From contig CAVQXZ010000001.1 of NCBI GenBank assembly GCA_963718055.1, forward strand, positions 1,171,605-1,235,604: a stretch of 64,000 nt of DNA. Direction: 5' to 3'. This DNA comes from an uncultured Holophagae bacterium. GTDB taxonomy: Bacteria > Acidobacteriota > Thermoanaerobaculia > Thermoanaerobaculales > Sulfomarinibacteraceae. Below are positions 52,493-63,911 of the stretch, piece after piece. Each line of letters begins with the position of its first letter. The stretch's first letter is position 1. Below the pieces are notes generated by a model. That model was not told the origin of the DNA and did no database searches. It saw only the letters and a list, made by a program, of their open reading frames with translations. The position numbers and the translations under genes were made by a program.

Positions 52493-55400
52493 TCAGGCCG
52501 TTGATCGGGTTCCGATGTCAGCACCGGAACCATCCTCGGGTCTGGGCTGCGGTTCGGCGAGCGCCACGCGGACGGCCTCGGCGAGGGTCTCGGCTCCGAA
52601 CGGCTTCTGCAGGAACTTCATGCCGTCGAGCCGGGAGTCCGGTCCGAGCGGCACGTCCTGCGCATAGCCTGACATCACCACCACGTGCATCTGCGGCCAC
52701 CGCTGGCGCAGCTCGCGGGCGATCTCGGTGCCGGACGCGTCCGGGAGCATGTAATCGGTCAGCAGCAGATCGAAGCCCGGGACCGGTGGCAGGTAGATCG
52801 ACTCCTCCCGGCTCCCGACGGTGACGACGTCGTAGCCGAGCACGCGGAGCAGCTCGCGCAGGCTCGAGCGGACCGCGGGGTCGTCCTCGACGACGAGGAC
52901 CCTTCGGTCTTTGGCGCCGTGGTCATGCGTCACGATTCTCGGCGCCGGCGTCGGCGCCGGACCTTGCTCCTCGGCGAGGGGCAGCGAGACGCGCATGGTG
53001 GTGCCCTCGCCGACGTGGCTCTCCAGGTCGATGGTGCCGCCGAGGCGGGTGACGATGCTGTGGACCACGGCCAGACCGAGGCCGGAGCCCTTGCCCGGCT
53101 CCTTGGTCGTGAAGAACGGCTCGAAGAGCTGGTCGCGGATCTCCTCCGGAATCCCCTCGCCCGAGTCCGCGACCTCGAGCCAGGCGTGGTCGGCGTCGCG
53201 GCCGGTCCGCAGGTACATCCTGCCGCCCCGCGGCATCGCGTCGCACGCGTTGACGGCGAGGTTCATGACAACCTGCTCGATCTGTCCCCGATCCGCCACC
53301 AGCGGCAGGTCGATGTCGGCCGGCACGAACACCAGATCGACATTCTCCCGAAGCAGCCGGTGCAGCAGCCGCACCGTGCCGTGGACGACGTCGTTGAGAT
53401 CGAGTGCCTCGTCACGGGCGGCGTCGCGGCGCGAGAACAGGAGGAGCTGGCGAGTCAGCTGGGATCCCCTGCGTACGTACTCGTCAAGCTCGAGCAGCCG
53501 AGCGGAGCTCTCAGAGTCCGAATGAAGGCGCTGCCGGAGGAGCTCGATGACGCCGAGCATCGCTTGCAGGAGGTTGTTGAAGTCATGCGCGACGCCGCCG
53601 GCGAGACGGCCGACCGCCTCCATCTTCTGCGCCTGGAGCAGCCGCTCTTCAATCTGTTTGCGCTCGCTGACGTCCTGCTGCACCGCGATGAGCTGGTGGA
53701 TGTCGCCGGCGGCGTTGCGAACCGGAGTCACCGTCAGCTCCTCGGTGTAGAGACGACCGTCCTTGCGCCGGTTGAGGAGCTCTCCGCGCCAGACCATCCC
53801 GCCGGACAGCATGGCGACGATGTCGTCGCGCAGCCTGCCGTCGCCGTCGCCGGACTTGAGCCTCCACAGGTTCTGACCGACCGCCTCGCTCGCCGGGAAG
53901 CCGGTGAGCTCGGTGAATGCGTAGTTGACCCACTCGATGGTCCCGTGCGGATCGGTGACCGCCACCGCATTGGCGGCGGACTCCAGCGCCGTGCTCTGCA
54001 GCAGCATGCGGCTGGTCGTTCTCTTGAGCTCGCTGATGTCGATCATCGTGCCTTCGAAGGCGATCGGCTTGCCGTCCTGATCGCGATCGAGGTGCATGTT
54101 GGCGAGCACGCTCACGGTCGTGCCATCGATCCGCCTCATTCGGAGCTCGTGGTTGCGGAGCTCTCCCGCGCGTTCGATCTCTTCGATGAGCTTTTGGCGG
54201 TCGGCGGGGTCGGAGTAGAACTCGATCGCCGAGCGATCCATCGCCTCGGCCGCGGAGGAGCAGCCGAAGATCCTCGCGAAGGCGTCGTTGCAGTCGGTGA
54301 TCCTGCCGTCCAGCGTGGACCGGTAGACGCCGGCCAGATTGCGCTCGAACAGCGACCGGTAGCGCGCCTCGCTCTCGCGCAGGGCCGCGTCGGCCCGCTT
54401 GCGGTCGGTGATGTCCGTGAACACCACGGCGATCGTCGCCGGAGCGGTCTGAAACGCGTGGACCTCGTAGGCACCTTTGATCAGCTCATCCCTGTAGATG
54501 ATCTGCTCGGTGTGCCATGGGATCCCGTCTGCAGCGGCGGCCCGGTACCGCTCCGGAACCTCGGTCATGGCGAGCGGCGGGAACGCCTCCTCGATGGTCT
54601 TGCCGAGGTAACGCTGGCAGTTGACGCCGAGGATCCGGTCGGCGGCAGGGTTGGCGCCGGAGAAGATCAGCCGGCCGTCATCCGTGAGGCGGTACAGCAG
54701 CACGCCGAGCGGGATCGAGCTGACGATGCTGCGGAACCTCTCCTCGGACGCCTGGAGCCGGCTTTCGGTGATCGAGCGCTGCGCGTTGGAGACCGCCTGC
54801 GCCACGTGGTCCGCCACTTCGCCGGCAAACGCGATCTCGGCCGTGTGCCAGGTTCTGGGCTGGCCGACGTGCTCCAGGCAGACGACCCCGACAACCCGGC
54901 CGCGGATGCGGATCGGCGCGTCGAGCATCGAGGTGATCCCGAGCGGGAGAAGGTAGTCCTCGGCGAACTCCCGCGTCCTCGGGTCGGAGATTGCATCGCT
55001 CGCATCCACGACCCGGTCGCCTTCCAGGGCGCGGAAGTAGCTCGGGTACGCGAACGAGGACAGCGCCGAACCGGTCTCGTGTGCGCCGGAAGCCGCGATG
55101 TAGAGATCGGCGCAGCGCAGCACCTCGCCGTCCTCCTCGAGGAACCAGACGCTTGCACGGGCAGTTCCGGTGGCTTTCGATGCGATCTCGGTGATCGCCC
55201 TCAGCGCGACATCGAAGGGGCCGTTGGCGACCGCCTCGTGGGTCGCGATCTTCACGATCGCTGCATGGTGCCTCTGCTGGCGCTCCATGCCGTCGCGCCT
55301 TTCGTTTTCGAGGGCACGCTGCTCGGTGATGTCCTCGAGCTCACCGATGACGTGGCGGATCTGACCGTCGTTGCTGCGGATCGCGGAGAGGGTGGCGCGC

Positions 55401-56464
55401 CCCCAGAGCCACGAGCCGTTCCGGTGGCGAACGCGCAGCGCAGCGTGCGCCGCGTCGATCTCGCCGGCGAGGAGCCGCCGCAGCTCTGGAACGAACTCAG
55501 CCAGGTCGTCCGGCTGGCAGATCTCGCGCCAGCTCATCTGCAACAGCTCGTCCTCGGTGTAGCCGAGCATGTCTTGGACGGCGCGGTTGGCGCGCAGCAC
55601 CAGGCCGTGGGCTCCCCACAGGACCTTGCCGATCGCCGTGTTCTCGAAGGCGCTGCGGAACCGCTCCTCGGATGCGGCCAGGGCGGCCTCGGCACGGGCG
55701 CGGGCCGTGACGTCAGAGAGGTTGAGCAGCAGGTGGGTGGTGGCGCCGTCGACATGGGCGACGCCGCGCACCTCCATCGTCGCCCACCGGCCGTCGCTTG
55801 CTCGAATCCTGATCTCGAGGACCTCGGGTCGACCGGGCGATTCGAGCCCGCGCTCGATCGCGGCGCGCGCGGTCTCGAGGTCGTCGGCGTGGATGATGTC
55901 GAAGACCGGTTCTCCGACGATGTCATCGAGCCGGTAGCCGAGGATTCGCTCCACCGAGGGGCTCACGAAGCGGAGCGTCCCGTCCGGTGCGAGGACGCAG
56001 AGCACGTCCGAGGAGTGCGTGATGAGCGCCGGGACGATCCGATCCTCGGCCGTCGATGCAGCACGGGGGCGGCCATCGTGCGCCGGTACTCCGGTGCCGA
56101 CGACGGCGCCGCGCGGATCCTTGGCGCCGATGTGCCGGAATGACCATGCCGCCAGCTGGCAGCGGCCACTGGCGTGCTCGAGGAGCAGGTTCCAGCTGGG
56201 ATGGGGTTCGGACGCCCCGTCCGCAACGTGGCGACGCACTTCGGGCAGGAGGTCGCCGCTCAGGAACTCCCACAGGTGGCGGCCGCCGAGCTCGTCAGGT
56301 GTGCGCCCGACCGCGTCCGCAAACGGGCGGTTGCAGCTCTGGATACAGCCCTCACGGTCGGTCAGAACGACCGAAATCGGAAGCCAGTCGAGCAGCTCCT
56401 GAACGGAGAAGATCGCGGATTCCTCAGACGGTCCGGTTTCGGAGCGCTCCGTCATTCGCTTCAC
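52493..56464 (-). CDS. multi-PAS/GAF hybrid sensor histidine kinase with a C-terminal receiver
   Basis: 1323 aa. Several PAS units and a GAF region. H-box [17 protein letters not shown]-box [15 protein letters not shown], then [14 protein letters not shown]...[13 protein letters not shown]...VVMSGY...QKPF. Confidence 0.9.
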   Translation of the reverse strand: MKRMTERSETGPSEESAIFSVQELLDWLPISVVLTDREGCIQSCNRPFADAVGRTPDELGGRHLWEFLSGDLLPEVRRHVADGASEPHPSWNLLLEHASGRCQLAAWSFRHIGAKDPRGAVVGTGVPAHDGRPRAASTAEDRIVPALITHSSDVLCVLAPDGTLRFVSPSVERILGYRLDDIVGEPVFDIIHADDLETARAAIERGLESPGRPEVLEIRIRASDGRWATMEVRGVAHVDGATTHLLLNLSDVTARARAEAALAASEERFRSAFENTAIGKVLWGAHGLVLRANRAVQDMLGYTEDELLQMSWREICQPDDLAEFVPELRRLLAGEIDAAHAALRVRHRNGSWLWGRATLSAIRSNDGQIRHVIGELEDITEQRALENERRDGMERQQRHHAAIVKIATHEAVANGPFDVALRAITEIASKATGTARASVWFLEEDGEVLRCADLYIAASGAHETGSALSSFAYPSYFRALEGDRVVDASDAISDPRTREFAEDYLLPLGITSMLDAPIRIRGRVVGVVCLEHVGQPRTWHTAEIAFAGEVADHVAQAVSNAQRSITESRLQASEERFRSIVSSIPLGVLLYRLTDDGRLIFSGANPAADRILGVNCQRYLGKTIEEAFPPLAMTEVPERYRAAAADGIPWHTEQIIYRDELIKGAYEVHAFQTAPATIAVVFTDITDRKRADAALRESEARYRSLFERNLAGVYRSTLDGRITDCNDAFARIFGCSSAAEAMDRSAIEFYSDPADRQKLIEEIERAGELRNHELRMRRIDGTTVSVLANMHLDRDQDGKPIAFEGTMIDISELKRTTSRMLLQSTALESAANAVAVTDPHGTIEWVNYAFTELTGFPASEAVGQNLWRLKSGDGDGRLRDDIVAMLSGGMVWRGELLNRRKDGRLYTEELTVTPVRNAAGDIHQLIAVQQDVSERKQIEERLLQAQKMEAVGRLAGGVAHDFNNLLQAMLGVIELLRQRLHSDSESSARLLELDEYVRRGSQLTRQLLLFSRRDAARDEALDLNDVVHGTVRLLHRLLRENVDLVFVPADIDLPLVADRGQIEQVVMNLAVNACDAMPRGGRMYLRTGRDADHAWLEVADSGEGIPEEIRDQLFEPFFTTKEPGKGSGLGLAVVHSIVTRLGGTIDLESHVGEGTTMRVSLPLAEEQGPAPTPAPRIVTHDHGAKDRRVLVVEDDPAVRSSLRELLRVLGYDVVTVGSREESIYLPPVPGFDLLLTDYMLPDASGTEIARELRQRWPQMHVVVMSGYAQDVPLGPDSRLDGMKFLQKPFGAETLAEAVRVALAEPQPRPEDGSGADIGTRSTA

Positions 56465-56588
56465 CTCACAGAAATGTGTCCGCAGCGGCCTGGAGAAATA
56501 CGCCTACGAGTTCGTACCGCATTGGCCTTTTCGGCGGGCGTGGTTGCCCGAATCGTTGTCGGACGGCCACTGCGGCATGAACTCCCCA

Positions 56589-56687
56589 GGATGCGCGCAG
56601 CGCATTCAGAGGAGGGTGTGGGGCAGAGGCCAGCCACAACAACCTCGTCAGAAGCTCGCTCAGGGGCCTATGCCCTGCACGCTCCTA
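56589..56687 (-). repeat. family-1 element, copy E (short subtype)
   Basis: The reverse complement is roughly 85% identical by eye to copy A. It sits in the divergent intergenic region between the kinase and the STAS gene. Confidence 0.75.
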
Positions 56688-56841
56688 GCGGCTGCCATCG
56701 CCGGCCCGCGCTCGGGCCGCCAGGGCACGCCGAGGGCTGCGCCCGGCCGGGAATGGATCGACGCAGGTTGTGCGATAATGCCTGTGATCACGTAATAGCC
56801 TGACGGTTGATCGAGCGCCGTCTGAGCTCTGGGAGCTGACG

Positions 56842-57183
56842 ATGGAGATTGTGAAACGACAGGTTGCAGGCGTCTCGATTCTCGATCTGAACGGCAAGCT
56901 CACAATTGGCGCTGGGGATGTCGCGCTGCGCGGCGCGCTGCTCGCCGAGCTCGAGGATGGTCACACCAAGATCGTGATCAACCTTCAAAACGTCACGGTC
57001 ATCGACTCGTCCGGCCTGGGCGAGCTGATCCGGTGCAAGGCGACGGCCGCGACGAAGAACGGCGAGATCAAGCTGCTGCACGTCAACCTGAAAGCGCGCA
57101 AGCTGCTGACGATGGCCCATCTTGTCGGCGTCTTCGAGATGTTCGACGACGAGCAGATGGCCGTCGCCTCGTTCGCCGGCTGA
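56842..57183 (+). CDS. STAS-domain anti-sigma-factor antagonist (SpoIIAA-like)
   Basis: 113 aa. ILDLNGKLT.G.....L......L.......IVINL..V..IDSSGLGELI is the canonical STAS phosphorylatable DSSG motif. Confidence 0.85.
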   Translation: MEIVKRQVAGVSILDLNGKLTIGAGDVALRGALLAELEDGHTKIVINLQNVTVIDSSGLGELIRCKATAATKNGEIKLLHVNLKARKLLTMAHLVGVFEMFDDEQMAVASFAG

Positions 57184-57296
57184 AGGCGCGCCATAGCCCA
57201 CTCCCGGCGAGCGAGGAGGACGCCCCTCGCAGCCGGAGACTGCTCCGCTGGGAGACGTCGCACCTCGCGTGACCGGGCAACCGTCGGGGCGCCGGC

Positions 57297-58799
57297 TCAC
57301 GCCAGGTCGAGGGTTCTCTCCACTGCGCGCTTCCAGCCCTGGTAGGCGTCCTCTCGGCGGTCCGCTGACCAGATCGGGTCCCAGCGACGGTCGACCTTCC
57401 AGTTGAGGCGCAGCTGCTCGAGGCCCGACCACAGCCCTGACGCGAGCCCGGCTGCGGACGCGACTCCGAGCGATGTGGTCTCGGCCACGCGGGGGCGTAC
57501 CACGGACACGCCAAGGATGTCGGCCTGAAGCTGCATCAGGGTGTCGTTGGCGGTAGCGCCGCCGTCGGCCTTGATCAACTCGAGCACGATGCCGGAGTCG
57601 CGCTCCATCGCGTGGAGCACGTCGCGGGTCTGGAAGCAGATCGCCTCGAGCGTCGCGCGCGCGAGATGGCCGCGCTCGCTGTATCGGGTGAGCCCGACGA
57701 TCACACCGCGCGCGTCGGACCGCCAGTACGGGGCGAACAGGCCGGAGAACGCCGGCACGAAGTAGACGCCGCCGTTGTCCGGGACCCGCTGGGCGAGACC
57801 CTCGATCTCGGCTGCGCTGCGGATCAGGCCGATTTGGTCGCGCAGCCACTGCACGGCGGCGCCGGTGACGGCAACCGATCCCTCGAGCGCGTACACCGGT
57901 GGGCTCCCCTCGAATCCGTAGCAGACCGTCGTCAGCAGCCCGGCCTGCGACGGCACGATGTCCTGGCCGGTGTTCATGAGCATGAAGTTGCCGGTGCCGT
58001 AGGTGTTTTTCGCCTCGCCGGGCTGGAAGCAGGTCTGACCCACGGTGGCGGCCTGCTGATCGCCAAGGATGGCACGGATCGGCACCCGGCCCTCGAACGG
58101 GCCATGCTCGCTCGTCTCGCCGAACTCCGACGTCGACGGCCGGATGGCGGGGAGCATGGCGCGCGGGATGCCGAACGTCTCGAGCAGTCCCTCGTCCCAC
58201 TGCAGCGACTTCAGGGACATCAACATCGTGCGGCTGGCGTTGGTGATGTCGGTCGCGTGGACGCCGCCGCGGACGCCGCCGGTGAGGTTCCACAGCAGCC
58301 AGCTGTCGATGGTCCCGAACACCGCCTGGCCGCGGGCGGCGGCCTTCCGGACGCCCTCGACATGGTCGAGGATCCAGCGGATCTTGCCGGCCGAGAAGTA
58401 GGTGGCGGGGGGCAGGCCGGAAACTGCCCGGATCCGGTCAGCGTGACCAGCCGCCTCCAGCTCGCGCATCAGCTGGTCGGTACGCGTGTCCTGCCAGACG
58501 ATGGCGTTGCACCACGGCCGGCCGTTCTCCGGGTTCCAGACCACCGTCGTCTCCCGCTGGTTAGTGATGCCGATCGCGACCAGGTCGGATGCGTTGAGCT
58601 TGGCGCTCGCCAGCGCGCCCCGCACCACGGTCGCGGTGCGCTCGACGATCTCGAGCGGATCGTGCTCGACCCAACCGGGGCGGGGCAGGATCTGCTCGTG
58701 CTCGAGCTGGCGGCTGGCGATCGGTGTCCCGTCGCTGTCGAAGACCATGAAGCGCGTGCTCGTGGTTCCCTGGTCGATCGCGCCGACGAACTCAGGCAT
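57297..58799 (-). CDS. glpK: glycerol kinase
   Basis: [18 protein letters not shown]...[10 protein letters not shown]...[14 protein letters not shown]...[10 protein letters not shown] is the canonical GlpK signature. ATG at 58799. Confidence 0.95.
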   Translation of the reverse strand: MPEFVGAIDQGTTSTRFMVFDSDGTPIASRQLEHEQILPRPGWVEHDPLEIVERTATVVRGALASAKLNASDLVAIGITNQRETTVVWNPENGRPWCNAIVWQDTRTDQLMRELEAAGHADRIRAVSGLPPATYFSAGKIRWILDHVEGVRKAAARGQAVFGTIDSWLLWNLTGGVRGGVHATDITNASRTMLMSLKSLQWDEGLLETFGIPRAMLPAIRPSTSEFGETSEHGPFEGRVPIRAILGDQQAATVGQTCFQPGEAKNTYGTGNFMLMNTGQDIVPSQAGLLTTVCYGFEGSPPVYALEGSVAVTGAAVQWLRDQIGLIRSAAEIEGLAQRVPDNGGVYFVPAFSGLFAPYWRSDARGVIVGLTRYSERGHLARATLEAICFQTRDVLHAMERDSGIVLELIKADGGATANDTLMQLQADILGVSVVRPRVAETTSLGVASAAGLASGLWSGLEQLRLNWKVDRRWDPIWSADRREDAYQGWKRAVERTLDLA

Positions 58800-58997
58800 C
58801 GCCCCCTCCTCGCGGTGGTTGCAGCCATCCTGACAGAGCTGCTGCCGGCGCGCTAGGGCGGGCGTGGGCGTCATGCCGGGGTCCGCGGTGGACCCCGGGC
58901 TGCCGAAGGGAGGCCGGCTCCAGGTCGCGGTCGGCGTCGGGCTCGAGTACGCTGGCGCCGACGGCTGGCGGTGACGGCCCGAGATTGGAGAGTGCCC

Positions 58998-59567
58998 ATG
59001 GCCCGCCATGTGTGCCCGTGGTGGATCGGCTACTTCCTGCTGGTTCCCTTTCGAAAGTGGTGGCAAGACCCGCGGCGGATCCTGGAGCCGTGGGTGGGGC
59101 CGGGTATGACGGTCGTAGATGTGGGCTCGGCGATGGGCTACTTCACGCTGCCGCTGGCCGAGCTCGTCGGTTCCAACGGCCGGGTCGTCGCGGTCGACCT
59201 GCAGGCGAGGATGCTGCGCACGCTCGAGCGGCGCGCACGCCGCGCCGGGCTGTCGGACCGGATCGAGATGCGCGGCTGCACCGCCGACAGCCTCGGGTTA
59301 GCCGACCTCGCCGGCCGCGTCGACTTCGCCCTCGTCTTCGCCGTCGCGCACGAGGTTCCGGACGTCGCGAGGCTGATGGCGGAGCTCGCCGCGGTGCTGT
59401 CGCCGCAGGGACGCGCGCTTCTGGCCGAGCCATCCGGTCATGTGTCGGCGGAGGAGTTCGCCGCCTCGATTGCGGCGGCGCGGTCCGCGGGGCTCACCGT
59501 GGAGGCGCAGCCGACGATCGCGCGCTCGCGCGCCGTGCTCCTGGCGGCCGGTCCCGGCGGGCTCTGA
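58998..59567 (+). CDS. class I SAM-dependent methyltransferase
   Basis: [11 protein letters not shown] is the N-terminal motif common in this small methyltransferase family. Also [11 protein letters not shown] and VVAVDLQ. GGAGAG RBS before ATG 58998. Confidence 0.7.
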   Translation: MARHVCPWWIGYFLLVPFRKWWQDPRRILEPWVGPGMTVVDVGSAMGYFTLPLAELVGSNGRVVAVDLQARMLRTLERRARRAGLSDRIEMRGCTADSLGLADLAGRVDFALVFAVAHEVPDVARLMAELAAVLSPQGRALLAEPSGHVSAEEFAASIAAARSAGLTVEAQPTIARSRAVLLAAGPGGL

Positions 59568-59613
59568 GCGGGCTCAGGAACCCCAGCTCGTCGGTGGCGT
59601 CGGCGAGGATGAC

Positions 59614-60327
59614 CTAGAGCCCGAGGTGGATGGCGACGCCGCAGGCGAAGATCGCGAGGCCGGCGAGGGCGTGCGAGTAGCGCTCCAGGCCGCGCGTCGG
59701 GAGCCGGCTGAGGCCGAAGGACAGCAGCAGCACGATCGCCAGCATGGTCAGGATGGTCGCCGCGCCGAACACCCCGGCGACCAGCGCGACGCCGAAGGCG
59801 CTCTCCGCCGCCGCGGGGTACATCAGGATCGGGATCAGGGGCTCGCACGGGCCGAACACGAAGATCGTGAACAGCACCCAGGGGGTGAGGGCCGGCGCCG
59901 CGGCACCCTGGTCATGCGGGTGGAGGTGGGCCCGCTCGTGGTCGTGCACGTGGACGTGAGTCTCCCCGCCGGAGTGGGCGTGGACGTGGCTGTGCGTGCG
60001 GTGGCGGGCCGCGCGCCGGATGCCCCACACCATGTAGACGAGCCCGAAGGCGGTGAGCAGCCAGGCCGCGACGTCGCCGCGGGTGGACTCGATCCCCTCG
60101 ACCCTGGCAACGGCGACGCCGAGGGCGATGCCGATCGTGCCGAGCACAATCGACGATCCGACGTGACCGAGGCCGCACAGCGTGGTCACCAGCACCGTGG
60201 TGGCCTTGGACCAGCCGCGGGCGCGGGCGAGGACGACGAACGGCAGGTAGTGGTCGGGGCCGAGCAGCGTGTGCCCGACGCCGATCGAGGCAGCGAGGAT
60301 GGTCAGGGCGACGAGCTCCGGTGACAT
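59614..60327 (-). CDS. His-rich-loop metal transporter, Ni/Co type (NicO/UreH-like)
   Basis: About 6 TM helices. GHTLLGPDH is an HxxxxDH-type motif in TM1. The central loop is HRTHSHVHAHSGGETHVHVHDHERAHLHPHD. Confidence 0.6.
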   Translation of the reverse strand: MSPELVALTILAASIGVGHTLLGPDHYLPFVVLARARGWSKATTVLVTTLCGLGHVGSSIVLGTIGIALGVAVARVEGIESTRGDVAAWLLTAFGLVYMVWGIRRAARHRTHSHVHAHSGGETHVHVHDHERAHLHPHDQGAAAPALTPWVLFTIFVFGPCEPLIPILMYPAAAESAFGVALVAGVFGAATILTMLAIVLLLSFGLSRLPTRGLERYSHALAGLAIFACGVAIHLGL

Positions 60328-60363
60328 TCGCTGTCCGCTCCCTTCGGCCGGCCCGTCGGCCGC

Positions 60364-60390
60364 GTATTACGAACTGAAAGTGAGTATTAC
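60364..60390. promoter_or_regulatory. direct repeat GTATTAC-N13-GTATTAC in an AT-rich patch upstream of the metal transporter (candidate operator or promoter)
   Basis: The only AT-rich stretch in the 60328-60466 leader. The two heptamers start 20 nt apart, about two helical turns. Confidence 0.25.
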
Positions 60391-60466
60391 CACAGCCGGC
60401 GCCGGCTCGTCACGTCGCACTGCGTCATAGGGTGCCGGCGACCGGTGCTGCGGCACGGACTCCTCC

Positions 60467-60593
60467 GGATGCGCGCAGCGCATCCTTCTCGGCGCGCGTG
60501 GGGCGTAGGCCAGCCAGCGACCGCGACACCTCACGCACACTCGGAGGCCTACGACCCGCGTGCGCCGAGGGGCCTATGCCCCTCACGCTCCTA
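60467..60593 (-). repeat. family-1 element, copy F (long subtype)
   Basis: The reverse complement CTCTAGGAGCGTGAGGGGCATAGGCCCCTCGGCGCACGCG...GGATGCGCTGCGCGCATCC aligns along its whole length with copy B. Its TAG is the stop codon of 60591..61082. Confidence 0.8.
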
Positions 60594-61082
60594 GAGGTCG
60601 ATGAGCCCCGGTGTTACGGCCGGCCCCGCCTGCGACGCCTCGATCGGCGTGATGAAGGTGGCGTCAGTCCGGCTCAAGGTTCCCAGCGAGGTGGGTCCGA
60701 TCGGCTCCATCGTGGTCGTGCCGGTGATGTTCGAAGGCTCGTAGGCGTTGATGGTGTCAGGCGAGATCACGGCACCGCCGGCGGTCGATCCACAGCGCAC
60801 CTGGGTCCAGCCGCCGCGGATGATCGTGTTGCCGCAGTGCTGGCGGCCGGCGGCCTGGAAGTTGTTGAGGTAGGCGAGCACGTCGGAGCAGGACTCGCCC
60901 TCGCCGACGGTGACCTCGCACGGTCCGGTGAACCGGAAGTTGGTCAGGCAGCAGACCCCGCCCTGGCCCTGCTGAACCTGGCCTGAGATGGTCTGAGCCG
61001 AGGCCACGACGGCAGCTAGAAGGAGCACGACACCGATGCCAGCCGCTCGTCGAGACGATAGGTTCGTGATCCTGTGAAGCAT
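60591..61082 (-). CDS. small secreted Cys-rich protein of unknown function
   Basis: Signal peptide GIGVVLLLAAVVASAQ. Seven Cys lie in the first 70 mature residues. No family recognised. Confidence 0.5.
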   Translation of the reverse strand: MLHRITNLSSRRAAGIGVVLLLAAVVASAQTISGQVQQGQGGVCCLTNFRFTGPCEVTVGEGESCSDVLAYLNNFQAAGRQHCGNTIIRGGWTQVRCGSTAGGAVISPDTINAYEPSNITGTTTMEPIGPTSLGTLSRTDATFITPIEASQAGPAVTPGLIDL

Positions 61083-61220
61083 CGTCGCATCCCCCTCTCA
61101 GCTAACCGCGAGCCGTCGGGATCTCGGCCAAAAGATACCACCGCTGGCAGATGAACGCGATTGCGATCGGTAGGGAGTCCGAGCTTGCGATCGGCTCCCG
61201 GGACGACGTCCTCACGTCAA

Positions 61221-61324
61221 GGATGCGCGCAGCGCATCCATCTGAGAGCGCGCGGGGCAAGGGCCGATCGGATGGACCAGCTTCACGGCCGCGCCCCGGC
61301 CGGCCTTTGACCTGCGTGCTCTCA
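61221..61324 (-). repeat. family-1 element, copy G (divergent)
   Basis: The reverse complement reads TACTGAGAGCACGCAGG...GGCCCTTGCCCCGCGCGCTCTCAGATGGATGCGCTGCGCGCATCC. Its TGA is the cydB stop codon. Confidence 0.65.
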
Positions 61325-62350
61325 GTAGCTGTGCTCGTCGAGCCGGACCTTGCCGCGGAAGGTCCAGTAGATGATCCCGGTGTAGGCGAGCACGAAGGGC
61401 ATGCCGACCAGGGCGATGATGAGCATGATGGTCAGCGTCTTGGGGCTCGAGGCCGCGCTGAAGATGGTGACCGAGGCGGCCGGGTCGTTGCTCGCCGTCA
61501 CCAGGTTGGGGTACAGCGCGAGCCCGAACAGCAGGGTCAAGGTCGCGATCGTCACACAGCTCGAGATGAAGGCCTGGGCCGGCCGCCCCCAGTGCAGGCA
61601 GCGCGGGATGTTGGCGACGGCCAGCACGTTGACGATCACCACCACCGCCGCCAACGGCCAGCGCTCGAAGTTCGCGGTCGCCCGCGGCACCAGTGCCAGC
61701 GTGTACATCGTGGTCAGCATGTAGGCGACCAGGAAGAGGCCCCAGCTGCGCCACATCCAGTCGCGCAGCCGTGCCTGGAAGGCCCCCTCGGTCTTGAGGT
61801 AGAGGAAGAGCCCCCCGTGCATCGCGAACATGGCGACCGTCATCAGGCCGACCAGCACCGGGTATGGGCCGAGCTGATCGAGCAGGGTGCCGGTGAAGTT
61901 GCCCCGCTCGTCGAGCGGGATGCCGAGGATGGCGTTGCCGACCGCGACCCCGAACAGCAGGGTGGCGAGGGCGGAGCCGCCGAAGAAGCTCCAGTCCCAG
62001 AAGCGCCGCCAGCGCGGCCGCGAGACCTTGGATCGGAACTCCATCGACACCGCGCGGAAGATCAGCGCGAACAGCAGCAGCATGAACGCACTGTAGAAGC
62101 CGGAGAAGACCGTCGCGTAGGCCTCGGGAAAGGCCGCGAACAGTGCCCCGCCGAAGGTCACCAGCCAGACCTCGTTGCCGTCCCACAGCGGTCCGATCGA
62201 GTTCATCGCGATCCGCCGCTCGTCGTTGGTGCTGGCCACGAAGGGGTGGAGGATGCCCACGCCCAGGTCGAAGCCGTCGAGGATGGCGTAGCCGGTGAGC
62301 AGCACGCCCTCGAGCGCGAACCAGATCACGCACAGTGTGGCCCAGTCCAC
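61322..62350 (-). CDS. cydB: cytochrome bd ubiquinol oxidase subunit II
   Basis: The N-terminus W....[13 protein letters not shown] and an 8-9 TM pattern are typical of CydB. It directly follows cydA. Confidence 0.9.
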   Translation of the reverse strand: MDWATLCVIWFALEGVLLTGYAILDGFDLGVGILHPFVASTNDERRIAMNSIGPLWDGNEVWLVTFGGALFAAFPEAYATVFSGFYSAFMLLLFALIFRAVSMEFRSKVSRPRWRRFWDWSFFGGSALATLLFGVAVGNAILGIPLDERGNFTGTLLDQLGPYPVLVGLMTVAMFAMHGGLFLYLKTEGAFQARLRDWMWRSWGLFLVAYMLTTMYTLALVPRATANFERWPLAAVVVIVNVLAVANIPRCLHWGRPAQAFISSCVTIATLTLLFGLALYPNLVTASNDPAASVTIFSAASSPKTLTIMLIIALVGMPFVLAYTGIIYWTFRGKVRLDEHSY

Positions 62351-62363
62351 TCCGGACCTCCTC

Positions 62364-63884
62364 TCAGCGAGCCCCGCCGGCTCCGGTCAGCGAGCCCGAG
62401 TGATCCTGCAGCCGCGCCGCCGCCGCGAGGACGTCCGCGCGGCCCGCACCTCCGGGCGGCTCCAGCGGCTCCGGACCGTGGCGGATCTTGGAGTCCAGCA
62501 CGTACAGCCAGACCGCGAGCAGCGCGAGGTAGATGAGTCCAAAGCCGACGATCGACGCCAGAACCTGCGACGCCTCCACGGAGGGGCTGACCGCGTCGGC
62601 GGTGCGCAGGCCGAGCGACTCGTCGTAGTCGACCACTCCGTCCGGACCCACCACCACGTCGCTCTCCTCGGTCCAGCTCACCGGTGGGTGGACGATCCAT
62701 GGCTGTCGACCGACCTCGGCCGCGACCCACCCGAGCTCGTTGGCGAGCACCGGGCCGACCACCGCGAACACGAACACCCACAGCAGCCAGCGCGTCTCGA
62801 AGAGGCGCTTGCGCCAGTGCAGGAGCGCGGCCGCGACGGTGAGGAGAATGAACAGCATGCCGAGGCCGATCATGACGTGGTAGCTCGCGAAGCTGAGCAG
62901 GACCGGCGGGCGGTCGGCCAGCCGGAAGCGGTCGAGGCCCACGACCATGCGGTCGAAGTCGTCGTGCACCAGGAAGGAGAGCCCGCCGGGGATCGCCAGG
63001 TTGAAGCGGATCGTCTCGGTGGCGTCGTCGGGCAGGCCGATCAAGCTGAGGTCGGCCGGACCGGTCTGGTAGTGGGCCTCGAAGGCGGCCAGCTTGGCCG
63101 GCTGGTAGCGGTAGACGCCTCGCGCCTGGAAGTGGCCCGAGACGACCGCGGCCAGCGAGGCCAGGGTCGCGAACAGCAGCGCGCCCGCGAACGACCGCTT
63201 GGCGAACTCGATGTGGCGGCCCCGGAGCAGGTAGTAGGCCGAGATCGACATGATGAAGAACGCGCCGAGGATGAAGGCCCCGATCCAGACGTGGACGAGC
63301 CGGTGGACGCTCGACGGGTTGAAGACCAGCGCCCAGAAGTCGACGATCTCGGCGCGCAGCACCGGCTCGCCGTCGATGATCAACGGCCGGCCGTCGCGCA
63401 GCAGCGGCACCACGTGGTGGCCGGCCGGGGTCTGCTGCCAGCTGTTGGCGACGACGATCCAGACCGAGGAGAACACCGAGCCGAGCGCCACCATGCAGGT
63501 GGAGAAGAAGTGCATCCGCGGCGAGATCCGATCCCAGCCGAAGACCAGCAGCGCCAGGAAGCCCGACTCGAGGAAGAACGCGAAGATCCCCTCGGCCGCC
63601 AACGCCGAACCGAAGACGTCGCCGACGAAGCGGGAGTAGGTGGCCCAGTTGGTGCCGAACTGGAACTCCATGACGATCCCGGTGGCGACGCCGATCGCGA
63701 AGTTCAGCGCGAAGATCCGGGTCCAGAAGCGGGCGGCGATCTCGAAGACCCTGTCTCCGGTCGCGAGATAGCGGCCCTCGAGAAAGACCATCACCACGCT
63801 CATCCCGATGGTCAGTGGAGGGAAGAGGTAGTGGAAGGCGATGGTCAGCGCGAACTGCAGGCGCGAGAGCAACACGACATCCAT
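62364..63884 (-). CDS. cydA: cytochrome bd ubiquinol oxidase subunit I
   Basis: [23 protein letters not shown]...[12 protein letters not shown] is the canonical CydA signature (haem b558 ligand region and Q-loop end). It carries a roughly 40-aa Gly/Ala-rich C-terminal tail. Confidence 0.95.
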   Translation of the reverse strand: MDVVLLSRLQFALTIAFHYLFPPLTIGMSVVMVFLEGRYLATGDRVFEIAARFWTRIFALNFAIGVATGIVMEFQFGTNWATYSRFVGDVFGSALAAEGIFAFFLESGFLALLVFGWDRISPRMHFFSTCMVALGSVFSSVWIVVANSWQQTPAGHHVVPLLRDGRPLIIDGEPVLRAEIVDFWALVFNPSSVHRLVHVWIGAFILGAFFIMSISAYYLLRGRHIEFAKRSFAGALLFATLASLAAVVSGHFQARGVYRYQPAKLAAFEAHYQTGPADLSLIGLPDDATETIRFNLAIPGGLSFLVHDDFDRMVVGLDRFRLADRPPVLLSFASYHVMIGLGMLFILLTVAAALLHWRKRLFETRWLLWVFVFAVVGPVLANELGWVAAEVGRQPWIVHPPVSWTEESDVVVGPDGVVDYDESLGLRTADAVSPSVEASQVLASIVGFGLIYLALLAVWLYVLDSKIRHGPEPLEPPGGAGRADVLAAAARLQDHSGSLTGAGGAR

Positions 63885-63911
63885 GGTCCAGTCACCTCGG
63901 TGGTTCGAACG

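Noticed and set aside
56685-56903. A 72-aa minus-strand ORF whose TAG lies at the end of repeat copy E. It would have been a sixth gene following the stop-codon rule.
   Set aside because: The translation is Arg/Ser-rich and featureless. It overlaps the start of the STAS gene and has no RBS. The TAG is simply part of the repeat.
63885-63911. Search for a cydX-like small ORF after cydB, or a separate promoter before cydA.
   Set aside because: The space after cydB is occupied by repeat copy G, with no short hydrophobic ORF. Only 27 nt separate cydA from the upstream gene, so cydAB is probably co-transcribed with it. Nothing further can be supported.
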